A DNA stretch of 64,000 nt from Candidatus Latescibacterota bacterium. GTDB taxonomy: Bacteria > Latescibacterota > UBA2968 > UBA8231. The notes under the pieces are model-generated. The model was not told where the DNA came from. It did no database searches and worked only from the letters and a program-made list of their open reading frames with translations. The stretch covers positions 2,080,001 through 2,144,000 of the forward strand of contig CBDCDC010000002.1 of NCBI GenBank assembly GCA_965215195.1, in the 5' to 3' direction. The translations under genes and the position numbers were made by a program. This document shows positions 37,327 through 45,766 of the stretch, piece after piece (position 1 is the first letter of the stretch; every line of letters starts with the position of its first letter).

Positions 37327-37563
37327 TCAGTGATAGTCGGTGATTTCGATTTCCATAGCACCTTGGTCTGTCCAGTGAAAGCACACGCGCCATTGGTCAT
37401 TGATGCGAATGCTGTGCTGGCCTGTCCGGTCCCCGCGCAGCGATTTGAGGCGATGGGAGGGCGGCACCCGAAGGTCGGCCAGTACGGTCGCCGCAACCAC
37501 TCGCTGCAACCTCATTCGCGCCCGATACAACGATCCATCGCCGCTCGTCCTGTAATCTTGCAT
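37327..37563 (-). pseudogene. higB: HigB-family (RelE/ParE superfamily) toxin, probably 5'-truncated
   Basis: DLRVPPSHRL..LRGDR.GQHSIRINDQWRVCF.W...EI.DYH; N-terminus short and atypical, with no RBS. Confidence 0.7.
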
Positions 37564-37570
37564 TGTTTTT

Positions 37571-37619
37571 TTACGGTTATTCTGTAAGTTTACATTGTAT
37601 TCTTACAGTTATTCCGTAA
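37571..37619. promoter_or_regulatory. Pair of 17-bp imperfect palindromes (candidate operators)
   Basis: TTACGGTTATTCTGTAA and TTACAGTTATTCCGTAA, 32 bp apart. Confidence 0.5.
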
Positions 37620-37628
37620 ATTTGCAAT

Positions 37629-38810
37629 ATGCACAATTCCTCAATAGAGCGCCTGCTCAAATTGCCCGCGCACTCCTTCTTTCTCTTCGGTCCGCGCGGG
37701 GTCGGCAAAAGCACTTGGCTGCGCCAAGCCTTGCCCAAGGCCGCCTTATTCGACCTACTCGACGCGGCTCTCCATCTAGAGCTATCCCGCAATCCCCATG
37801 ACCTAGAGGCACTAGCCGGCGATAGGGCGGCGGATTCGTGGATCGTGCTCGACGAAATCCAGAAAGTACCCGCCCTCTTAGACGAGGTGCATCGCCTGCT
37901 GGAAACGCGGCGCTGGCACTTTGCCCTCTGCGGCTCATCGGCGCGCACGTTGCGGCGCGGGGGCGTCAACCTGCTCGGCGGACGCGCCCTGACCCGCTTT
38001 ATGGCACCGTTTTCCCAGCGGGAGTTGGGTGCCGACTTCGACGCCAACTTCTCCCTGCAATGGGGCCTTTTGCCCCTCGTGCAAGCGGACCGACGGTACG
38101 CCGCCGACCTGCTGCAGGCTTACGTCCACACGTATATCAAAGAAGAAATCAGCGAAGAGGGCTTGGTGCGCCGACTGCCTCCTTTTCTCCGCTTTCTCGA
38201 AGTCGCCGGTCTGCTTAATGGCCAAGTAGTAAACGGCCAGAACATCGCCCGCGATGCCGCCATCCCGCGCAGCAGCGTCGATGGGTATTTCTCCATCCTC
38301 CAAGACACCTTGCTCGGCCACTTCCTACCCTCCTACCGACCTCAGCTCAAAGTGCGCGAAAAGGCCCGCCCTAAGTTCTACTGGTTCGACGCTGGGGTGG
38401 CCCGGGCCGCGGCCGGCCTCGCCTATGACCCGCCCGATCGCCTGTGGCTGGGCACGGCCCTAGAGACTTTGGTCTATCACGAATTGCGCGTCTATAACCA
38501 TGTGTACAACAAGTACCGCCCGATCGCCTTTTACCGCACCCCGGCTGGCGCGGAAATCGACTTTGTCATTGAAACGCGCAAGCGCACGACTTCCTCGCCA
38601 CCGCACGTCGCCTGTTTGGAGATCAAGTTGGCTGAAAAATGGAACCGGAGTTGGGAGCGCCCCATGCGCTCCTTGCACAAGGCCGAGGGCATTGAGGTGG
38701 AGCGCATGATCGGCGTCTATACCGGCGAGCGGGCCTACCACTACGACGGCCTAGACGTGTGGCCGCTGGAGGAGTTTTTGCGCCGACTGTACGAGGGCGA
38801 GGTCTTTTAG
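37629..38810 (+). CDS. AAA_14 ATPase with DUF4143 / nuclease-like C-terminus
   Basis: GPRGVGKST, LDEIQK, LCGSS, PKFYWFD, EIDFVIE...EIK. Confidence 0.85.
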   Translation: MHNSSIERLLKLPAHSFFLFGPRGVGKSTWLRQALPKAALFDLLDAALHLELSRNPHDLEALAGDRAADSWIVLDEIQKVPALLDEVHRLLETRRWHFALCGSSARTLRRGGVNLLGGRALTRFMAPFSQRELGADFDANFSLQWGLLPLVQADRRYAADLLQAYVHTYIKEEISEEGLVRRLPPFLRFLEVAGLLNGQVVNGQNIARDAAIPRSSVDGYFSILQDTLLGHFLPSYRPQLKVREKARPKFYWFDAGVARAAAGLAYDPPDRLWLGTALETLVYHELRVYNHVYNKYRPIAFYRTPAGAEIDFVIETRKRTTSSPPHVACLEIKLAEKWNRSWERPMRSLHKAEGIEVERMIGVYTGERAYHYDGLDVWPLEEFLRRLYEGEVF

Positions 38811-38823
38811 CTCCCCAACCGCC

Positions 38824-39837
38824 TCAAGCCGCGACCGGAGTGGGCAATTCCGGCACGTATTCGTATCCTGGCTCGGCCTTTTGTCGCTCGAGGATGGCCG
38901 CGATCTCCGTCCACGCCTCGTACAGCCCCCGCGGGCAATGCGGCAGATCGCTTTTGATCGTTGCGTGCAGCTTGCCGAGCCGGTAGCACGGCACGGCCGC
39001 GTACATGTGGTGTTCGATGTGGTAGTTCATGTGCCAGTAGAGAAAGCGGAAAAACGGGTTCAAGATGACCGTGCGGGTGCAGAGCCGAAAATCTGGCACG
39101 TCGTCCTGCAAGCCGATGTGCTGGGTATTGTTGCACAAAAACAGCAGCCAGCCGCCGTAGAACGGGGCCAGCGTAATGAGCACCGGCACCAACCACAGGC
39201 CGAAGTACAAGGATACCCCCACGATTAGAGCGTGTCCCACCAGCAGGAAGCGATCCCAGCGAATGAGCCGCCGCCGCTTGTGCGGTGCCGATTCGGGGAA
39301 GAGCGCCAGCTCCCATTCGCCCTCTAATTTCCCGAATGCCCGCCGCGCCGTTGTCTTGTAGCGGGCGTACAAGCCCCACGGATTTACAACGGCACTCTTA
39401 AAAAAATCCACGAGTCGCAATTGGGCTGGCAGGACCACTTCGAGATCGTCGGGCGGGTGCAGGGTGTACTTGTGGTGCTCGGTGTGACTGGTCCAGAAGT
39501 GGATGTGATTGTACGCGCCCAAAAAGCTGAACAGGCGCAAGAAGAAGTAGTTGAGGAACTTGCTCTTGAAGACCGTGGAGTGACACAATTCGTGGAAGCC
39601 GTTCAGCAAAAAGGCGTAGAACGTGCCGTGCAAAAAGAGGATCAGCAGCAACCACGGCAGGGACCAATGCTCGGCCGCGTACCAAGCCCCCGCGCCCGTC
39701 GCCGCCAGCAAACCCAAATGCCCCAGCGTTTGCAGCAGCCCCCAAAAGTTGCTGCGCTGGTTGAGCGCGTTGAGCGTGGCGCGCGGCAAGGGGCAGCGAT
39801 ACCAGTTTATTTTGCGCTGGTTCTTTGTCATTTTCAC
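38824..39837 (-). CDS. Fatty acid desaturase family protein
   Basis: His boxes HELCH, HTEHH, HIEHH; TM segments. Confidence 0.85.
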   Translation of the reverse strand: MKMTKNQRKINWYRCPLPRATLNALNQRSNFWGLLQTLGHLGLLAATGAGAWYAAEHWSLPWLLLILFLHGTFYAFLLNGFHELCHSTVFKSKFLNYFFLRLFSFLGAYNHIHFWTSHTEHHKYTLHPPDDLEVVLPAQLRLVDFFKSAVVNPWGLYARYKTTARRAFGKLEGEWELALFPESAPHKRRRLIRWDRFLLVGHALIVGVSLYFGLWLVPVLITLAPFYGGWLLFLCNNTQHIGLQDDVPDFRLCTRTVILNPFFRFLYWHMNYHIEHHMYAAVPCYRLGKLHATIKSDLPHCPRGLYEAWTEIAAILERQKAEPGYEYVPELPTPVAA

Positions 39838-39919
39838 GTCGCAATCCTCCGCTAAAAGAAAACCCGCCTTATTGTCGCAACTTGGCGCTGGCCGGGCAAG
39901 TTATATCCATCAGTCCGCA

Positions 39920-40654
39920 CTACAAGCGCCCCTCCCTTATATCCCCGACGATGCGGACCAGCACCTCAACCGCGGCGCGGATGAAGCGCTCCCCCTTTTC
40001 GGCAGAGCCAAAGGTGGGGTCGCCGTAGGTGCCTTGGTCGGTCGCTTCGTGGATCCAGCGGTAGCGAGCGACTTGGCCGGCGCGCTCCGACTGCGGCGGA
40101 TGGCCGTCCTTTTGCAAGCGGTCTACTTTGACCCACTCGGGATGCAGGGCCATCATCACCGAAGTCTCCATTTCGCCGGCATGCCCCCAGCCATGAGGCC
40201 CGGCCTCCCTTATCGGACCCAACTCGTCGTAGGCAAACCAAGAGGTCCCATAGACTTTCGCGTCTGGGCACTGCTCCATCAGGCGCTGCAAGGCGACGTT
40301 CATATTGGGGACATTGCCGCCGTGGCCATTTACTATGGCGATCTTGTCGAAGTCGGCGTGTACCATGCTGCTTACGGTATCGACGATCACGTTGATGTGG
40401 GTCTCGGATTGGGCTGTTATCGTGCCCTTAAACCGCAAGTGGTGCGGAGAATAGCCCAGCCACTGCGCCGGGAGACAGAGGACCTGATCGGGAATCTCCG
40501 CGTCGAGGCGATCGACGATAGCGGCGACCTCGGCCGTGTCCGTTATAAACGGCAGGTGCGGCCCGTGCTGCTCAAACGCCGCGATGGGATATACTACCAC
40601 TGTATCTCTGGACACCTGCTCTAAGTCGGGCCAAGTGAGTTCAGCTAGTTTCAC
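39920..40654 (-). CDS. Creatininase family amidohydrolase
   Basis: EQHGPHLP..TD, NGHGGN, HAGEMETS. Confidence 0.9.
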   Translation of the reverse strand: MKLAELTWPDLEQVSRDTVVVYPIAAFEQHGPHLPFITDTAEVAAIVDRLDAEIPDQVLCLPAQWLGYSPHHLRFKGTITAQSETHINVIVDTVSSMVHADFDKIAIVNGHGGNVPNMNVALQRLMEQCPDAKVYGTSWFAYDELGPIREAGPHGWGHAGEMETSVMMALHPEWVKVDRLQKDGHPPQSERAGQVARYRWIHEATDQGTYGDPTFGSAEKGERFIRAAVEVLVRIVGDIREGRL

Positions 40655-40703
40655 GATGCGCTCCTTTCGTCAGACCTACCCCCTAGTTCCTTCCTGACCG
40701 GCA

Positions 40704-41579
40704 TCAGTCTCCCCAGCGGTCTGGATTGATGCCCGGGGCATCGCGCTGCATGCCTTGGGGTTTGTGTACCTGTTTCCACTCCTTGCCGGTGGTATTGCGG
40801 CTTTGCAGAAAAGGTTTGGCCGCTGCCGGCGCGTTCTCCACCCATTCCGGGTCCCACTCGTCCATCGGCTGAACCGGCCCTGCCCAAGCCGGCCGGTAGC
40901 CGAACTGCACCAGCTCCCGAGGGGCCAAATCCTTGTTGGGATGGGTGCCGTGGAAGAGGAGGGCGGGTATCATGACGACCGAACCAGCCTTGGGACAGAG
41001 CGTGATTTCCTGCGGGTGCGAGACATAGCGCACGTACGGGTTGGCTTGAGCGTGGAATGAGAGATGAGAGCGCGGGATGAGCCGGAAGGGCGCGCGCTCG
41101 GGCCGCAGGTCGTCGAGGTAGTAGAGCACCCGCAAAAGGCGCGGCGAAGAGCCTTCAAAACCAAAGATCGACGAGCCGAAAGGTTGACCGTCGGTGTGCA
41201 TTGAAATCCCCGGCGAGCCGGAGAGGGTGCGGGTAAAAAGCCCGTGCGTGAATACGATGTCCGGCCCCATCAGGGCTTTGAGAAATTCCGCGATCGGCGG
41301 ATAGCCGATCAGCTCGGCCACCGCTCGGCTCGCGCATTGGGGTTCGTGGTGGAAGGTTTGGGCCTCGCTGTAGTCCTTGTGCCCCATCGGCAGGTCTTTT
41401 AGCTCGGCTTTCAGAGCTGCAATATGCTCGGCGTTGAGCACATCCGGCAGGAGCACATAGCCCTCCACTTCGAGATGGCGAATCTGCTCGCTCAGAGAAA
41501 AAGCGGCAAAGTCGGTCTCATTGACCGTCATAAAGCCGATTTCTTCTTTGGGATCAATTTTTACTGTGGTAGCATCCAT
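40704..41579 (-). CDS. PhyH-family dioxygenase
   Basis: HTD...IPRSH...FHGT...R. Confidence 0.8.
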   Translation of the reverse strand: MDATTVKIDPKEEIGFMTVNETDFAAFSLSEQIRHLEVEGYVLLPDVLNAEHIAALKAELKDLPMGHKDYSEAQTFHHEPQCASRAVAELIGYPPIAEFLKALMGPDIVFTHGLFTRTLSGSPGISMHTDGQPFGSSIFGFEGSSPRLLRVLYYLDDLRPERAPFRLIPRSHLSFHAQANPYVRYVSHPQEITLCPKAGSVVMIPALLFHGTHPNKDLAPRELVQFGYRPAWAGPVQPMDEWDPEWVENAPAAAKPFLQSRNTTGKEWKQVHKPQGMQRDAPGINPDRWGD

Positions 41580-41612
41580 GCTGTCCTCCTTCGGGCGGCG
41601 ATGAGGGGTGCC

Positions 41613-42275
41613 CTACGTGCGGGATTCTCGCCACTTGGCGAGGGAAAAGTCGTCCGAATCGTACAGTGCAAAAATTTTCGCTTCTTTGGCCCGCACCTCT
41701 GCCGCCAATTCCAACACTTCCTCGGCGTGCTCCAGCGGAATGCGCACGCATCCGTCGCCATCGCCAAAGATCAGGTCCCCCGGCCGAATCCGCACGGACC
41801 CTACGGAAACCGGCGCGTTGACCCGCGTTGCGTTGAAGACTCCGTGCCCTGGCACCGTCCCCCAAGCGAAGACCGGCAGCCCGACCCGGCGGATCCCCGC
41901 TAAGTCGCGCACCGTTCCATCGACAAGGGCACCCACCGCACCTAGCCGCTGGTGCAGCCGCGCCATGCCGTCGCCAAAACTGGCCCCGCGTCCGGGGCGC
42001 GAATCCACGTCCTTGACCACCCCGATCACTGGCCCCTCCACAGCGTCGATCGCCTCGTAGTACCCTTCCCAAGGGACCGCCACCGAGTCCGGGTCGTTGG
42101 TCGTTACTTCCACCGTCACCGCATAGCCGATGACCGGCCCCAATTCCGGCAGCAGATAGCGGATCGAGTGGTTGGTGTACTCTTCGTTGGGCAGGCCGCA
42201 CTTTAACACGATGGCGTTGAAAATCGTCGGCGCGTCAAATTCCTTAAAGGCTGCTAGCACTTCGGGTTTGACCAT
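41613..42275 (-). CDS. RraA/HMG aldolase family protein
   Basis: GYAVT, ASFGD, DGTVRD, IRPGDLIFGDGDG; ATG at 42275 after an AGGAG RBS. Confidence 0.85.
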   Translation of the reverse strand: MVKPEVLAAFKEFDAPTIFNAIVLKCGLPNEEYTNHSIRYLLPELGPVIGYAVTVEVTTNDPDSVAVPWEGYYEAIDAVEGPVIGVVKDVDSRPGRGASFGDGMARLHQRLGAVGALVDGTVRDLAGIRRVGLPVFAWGTVPGHGVFNATRVNAPVSVGSVRIRPGDLIFGDGDGCVRIPLEHAEEVLELAAEVRAKEAKIFALYDSDDFSLAKWRESRT

Positions 42276-42558
42276 GGAAAATTTGCTCCTTTTTAGCCGC
42301 CGATCCCAAGCAGAGCGCAGGCATTGCGCCCGAAAATATGGGTCTGGCAGTCTATGCACATGGGCTTGTTGGAATGCGAATTAGAGGGAATAGAGCGCAT
42401 TAGCACGGCGGTTGTCAATCCGCGCCGCTCTCGGCGACAGGCCGTTGGGACTCTCTTGGGCAAGAGACGAGGGTTGCCCCTACGGGTGGCTTGTTCTCGG
42501 TGCATACCCTATACTTTGCGCTGCCATAGCGACCACCCACCAACCAGAGGTCCATCCC

Positions 42559-44106
42559 ATGACTGCCGCGCCCGACTACACTTCAAAGGTCCCCTACTAC
42601 ACCTTCCCCAACACCTTGGCCGAACAAGAGCAGGCGCTGGCCGCCAACCCGCTGATGCAGCGCCTGCTCGCAGCGCGTCGCTCGTACGCCGGCGACCCAC
42701 ACCGCCCCATTTACCACTACATCAACCCGGAAGCCAATCTCAACGACCCCAACGGACTGTGCTTCTGGCAGGGCCGCTACCATCTCTTCTACCAAGCCTA
42801 CCCACCGGAGGATACCCGCCAGCACTGGGGCCACGCCGTAAGCGACGACCTCGTCCACTGGCGCGACCTGCCGTACTGCATTTATCCGCACCCGGAGCGC
42901 TGCTGCTTTTCCGGGGCCGCGCTGGTTGAGGATGACCGGGTCATCGCCATGTACCACGGCACCGAGGTCGGCAACATGGTCGCCACTTCTTCGGACCCGC
43001 TGTTGCTGAACTGGAAAAAGGTCGCCAACAAGGCCGTAATCCCCATCCAGCCCGGCCAGCCCTACCGAGTCTTCGACCCCTGCATCTGGAAGCAGGGCGA
43101 CGCGTACTACGCCCTGTCGGCGGGCACCAAGGCCGAAGGCCCGGCCGGCAAGCCCGTGCGCGCCAACTTCCTCTTCAAGTCGAGCGATCTCGAACACTGG
43201 GAGTACCTCCACCCCTTCGTCGAAGACGACGGGTACACGCTCGTCGGCGACGACGGGGCCTGCCCCTATTTCTGGCCGATTGGCGACCGCCACATCCTCC
43301 TCTTCTTTAGCCATCGAAGCGGCGGCCAGTACCTGCTCGGGGACTACGACACCGCGCGCGACAAATTCGTGGTGACCTACGGGGCCAAATTCAACTTTGG
43401 CGCGGCCGTGCCCGCTGGCGTCCACGCCCCTTCGGCCACCCCCGATGGCCAAGGCGGAGTCTTGGTCATCTTCAACATGAACCCGGGCAAACCGACCAAG
43501 GGCTGGAACCAGATTATGACCTTGCCCCGTCGGCTGACCGCCGTTGGCGACGAGCTGGCCATGACGCCTGCTGGCAACCTTGCATCCCTGCGGCAGGACC
43601 ACCAGCGCGTCGGCAAAACCACCCTCCCGGCCAACGAAGAGCTCGTCCTCGATGCGGTGCGGGGCAACGCCGTGGAAATCGTCGCTGAAATCGATCCCCA
43701 AGACGCGCCCATGGTCGAACTCAACGTCCTACGCGCTCCCGGGCGGGAGGAGTTCACGCGCATTGCCTTTTTCAAAAACCGGGGCTTCAGCGACCGCGTC
43801 TTTGGCCGCGACCGCCACCAGAGCCTGATCTCGCTCGACACCTCGTATGCTTCTGTCGCGCCCGACGTGCTCTCCCGCGCCTCGGAGACCGCCCCGGTCG
43901 TCCTCGCCCCGGGCGAGACGCTCAAGCTGCGGGTTTTTGTGGATAAGAGCGTGGTCGAAGTTTTTGCCAACGACCAGCAATGCGTGGCCGCACGGGTCTA
44001 TCCCGACCGCGCCGACAGCGTCGGGGTCTCGCTGCGGGCACAGGGCCAGAGCGCCGAGTTGGTCTCGCTCGACGCCTATCAGATGCAGGACATTTACGCG
44101 GACTAG
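42559..44106 (+). CDS. Glycoside hydrolase family 32-like protein with atypical catalytic motifs
   Basis: NLNDPNG, QHWGHAVS.DLVHW, FSG, LRVFVDKSVVEVF; FDP and GACP in place of RDP and ECP. Confidence 0.85.
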   Translation: MTAAPDYTSKVPYYTFPNTLAEQEQALAANPLMQRLLAARRSYAGDPHRPIYHYINPEANLNDPNGLCFWQGRYHLFYQAYPPEDTRQHWGHAVSDDLVHWRDLPYCIYPHPERCCFSGAALVEDDRVIAMYHGTEVGNMVATSSDPLLLNWKKVANKAVIPIQPGQPYRVFDPCIWKQGDAYYALSAGTKAEGPAGKPVRANFLFKSSDLEHWEYLHPFVEDDGYTLVGDDGACPYFWPIGDRHILLFFSHRSGGQYLLGDYDTARDKFVVTYGAKFNFGAAVPAGVHAPSATPDGQGGVLVIFNMNPGKPTKGWNQIMTLPRRLTAVGDELAMTPAGNLASLRQDHQRVGKTTLPANEELVLDAVRGNAVEIVAEIDPQDAPMVELNVLRAPGREEFTRIAFFKNRGFSDRVFGRDRHQSLISLDTSYASVAPDVLSRASETAPVVLAPGETLKLRVFVDKSVVEVFANDQQCVAARVYPDRADSVGVSLRAQGQSAELVSLDAYQMQDIYAD

Positions 44107-44120
44107 CAAAGGAGCATACC

Positions 44121-44855
44121 ATGAACGAAGAAGAAAAATTCGCCTTTGACTTGGAGGGGTATCTGGTCATCAAAAACGTCCTCAGCGCACAGGAGCTGGA
44201 CGATCTCAACGCGCTCGTAGATCAGCACCTCGCCGGCTGGGACAATCACCCCCGCAACGACCTGAACAAGGTCAGCAACTGGGGCCAAGCCAGCAAAAAC
44301 CTGATCGACCACCGCAAAATTTTGCCCTACTTAATCGAACTCATCGGCCCCAAGGTCCGCATCGATCACGACTACGCCATTATCATGAATCGCGGCGACA
44401 CCCGCGGCCGTCTCCACGGCGGCCCTAGCCAAGATACCGACCACTGGTTTAGCTACCGCGACGGCCAGATGCGCAATGGCCTGAGCGTGGTGACCTTTTT
44501 TCTCGCCGATGCCAATGCGGGCGACGGCGGCTTTGCCTGTGTGCCGGGCAGCCACAAGACCAATTACCCCGGCAACCTGCCCCAAGATGTCAGGTGCTTT
44601 GAGCGCAGCGCGCATTACGTCGTCCAACCCACGGCCAAGGCCGGGGATGCGCTGTTCTTTACCGAGGCCCTCATCCACGGCACCATGCCGTGGCGCGCCG
44701 AGCACCAGCGCCGCACGTTGCTCTACAAATACAGCCCCGGCTACTCAACGTGGGCCAAGGAGTTTTACAACCTCGAAGAATACGGCGAGCTGACCGAGCG
44801 CCAAAAGCGCATCATGGCTACCCCCTCAATGCACGAACACCCCGAAATCGTTTAG
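44121..44855 (+). CDS. PhyH-family Fe/2OG enzyme with an HxG motif
   Basis: GYLVIKNVL, LHGG, VPGSHK, EALIHGT..W...RR. Confidence 0.8.
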   Translation: MNEEEKFAFDLEGYLVIKNVLSAQELDDLNALVDQHLAGWDNHPRNDLNKVSNWGQASKNLIDHRKILPYLIELIGPKVRIDHDYAIIMNRGDTRGRLHGGPSQDTDHWFSYRDGQMRNGLSVVTFFLADANAGDGGFACVPGSHKTNYPGNLPQDVRCFERSAHYVVQPTAKAGDALFFTEALIHGTMPWRAEHQRRTLLYKYSPGYSTWAKEFYNLEEYGELTERQKRIMATPSMHEHPEIV

Positions 44856-44869
44856 CTAAGGAGCACACC

Positions 44870-45655
44870 ATGTCCAACCCATATTTGCTACGCGGAAAGA
44901 AAGCCTTTGTCACCGGCGGCAAGCGCCGCATTGGTCGCGGCATTGCCCTCGCTTTAGCCGAAGCTGGCTGCGACGTGGGGATCAACGACCTGCACGACGA
45001 CGAGGATGCCGGCCAAACCCTAAGCCTGATCCGCGCCATGGGCCGCGAGGCCGAATTCTTCGCTGGCGACATTTCCGCTAGCGACCAAGTTGAGGCGATG
45101 TTCGCGGCCTTTCTCGCACAGTTTGGCCGCATTGACATCTTGGTCAACAACCCCTACGGCGGCACGGGCGAGCCCTTCCTCGAACTCAGGGAGGAGAATT
45201 GGGACCAAAACCTCGACGTGGGCCTCAAGGGCTTTTTCCTGTGCTCGCAGCAGGCGGCGCGCGCCATGGTGGCGCAGGGCGACGGAGGAGCCATCGTCAG
45301 CACTTCCTCGGTGCATGGGCGGCGGGCGTGGAAAAACGACACGGCCTACGGGGCCGCCAAAGCCGGCGTCTTGCGCCTGACCGAAAGCATGGCCGTTGAC
45401 TTGGGCGAATACGGAATTCGCTGCAACGCCATCATGCCCGGATACATGGACACGGCTCACGCCTTCAACGAACCGCCTCCGGCGCTGGGCATTCTCGATG
45501 AACAGTACCACGACATAGTTCCCCTGCGTCGTCCGGGAACTCCCGAAGACATTGGCCGGGCCGTGGCCTTTCTCTGCTCGCCGGCCGCCGGCTGCATCAC
45601 CGGGGCGTCCCTGCCGGTCGATGGGGGGCTTTTGGCTGCCTCGGCCGCGGAGTAG
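44870..45655 (+). CDS. Short-chain dehydrogenase/reductase
   Basis: VTGGKRRIG, DILVNN, YGAAK, VDGG. Confidence 0.9.
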   Translation: MSNPYLLRGKKAFVTGGKRRIGRGIALALAEAGCDVGINDLHDDEDAGQTLSLIRAMGREAEFFAGDISASDQVEAMFAAFLAQFGRIDILVNNPYGGTGEPFLELREENWDQNLDVGLKGFFLCSQQAARAMVAQGDGGAIVSTSSVHGRRAWKNDTAYGAAKAGVLRLTESMAVDLGEYGIRCNAIMPGYMDTAHAFNEPPPALGILDEQYHDIVPLRRPGTPEDIGRAVAFLCSPAAGCITGASLPVDGGLLAASAAE

Positions 45656-45686
45656 CTGATTTTACGCACGGTACGACCCCCACCTC

Positions 45687-45713
45687 TAGACTCCCGCTTT
45701 CGCGGCAATGACG
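45687..45713. repeat. dRS3-like ATTCCCGC-N-GCGGGAATGAC palindromic repeat, degenerate
   Basis: ACTCCCGCTTTCGCGGCAATGACG; related GTCATTCCCGCG at 62033. Confidence 0.4.
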
Positions 45714-45766
45714 CGCCCCAAGCATGCCCCAGCTTGACTGGGGTGAGTAAGCTCGTCAACCCGGAC

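Noticed and set aside
39623-40624. 333-aa + strand ORF and similar long antisense ORFs (42583..43701, 57252..58445)
   Set aside because: They overlap well-supported genes and lack recognisable motifs; expected in GC-rich DNA.
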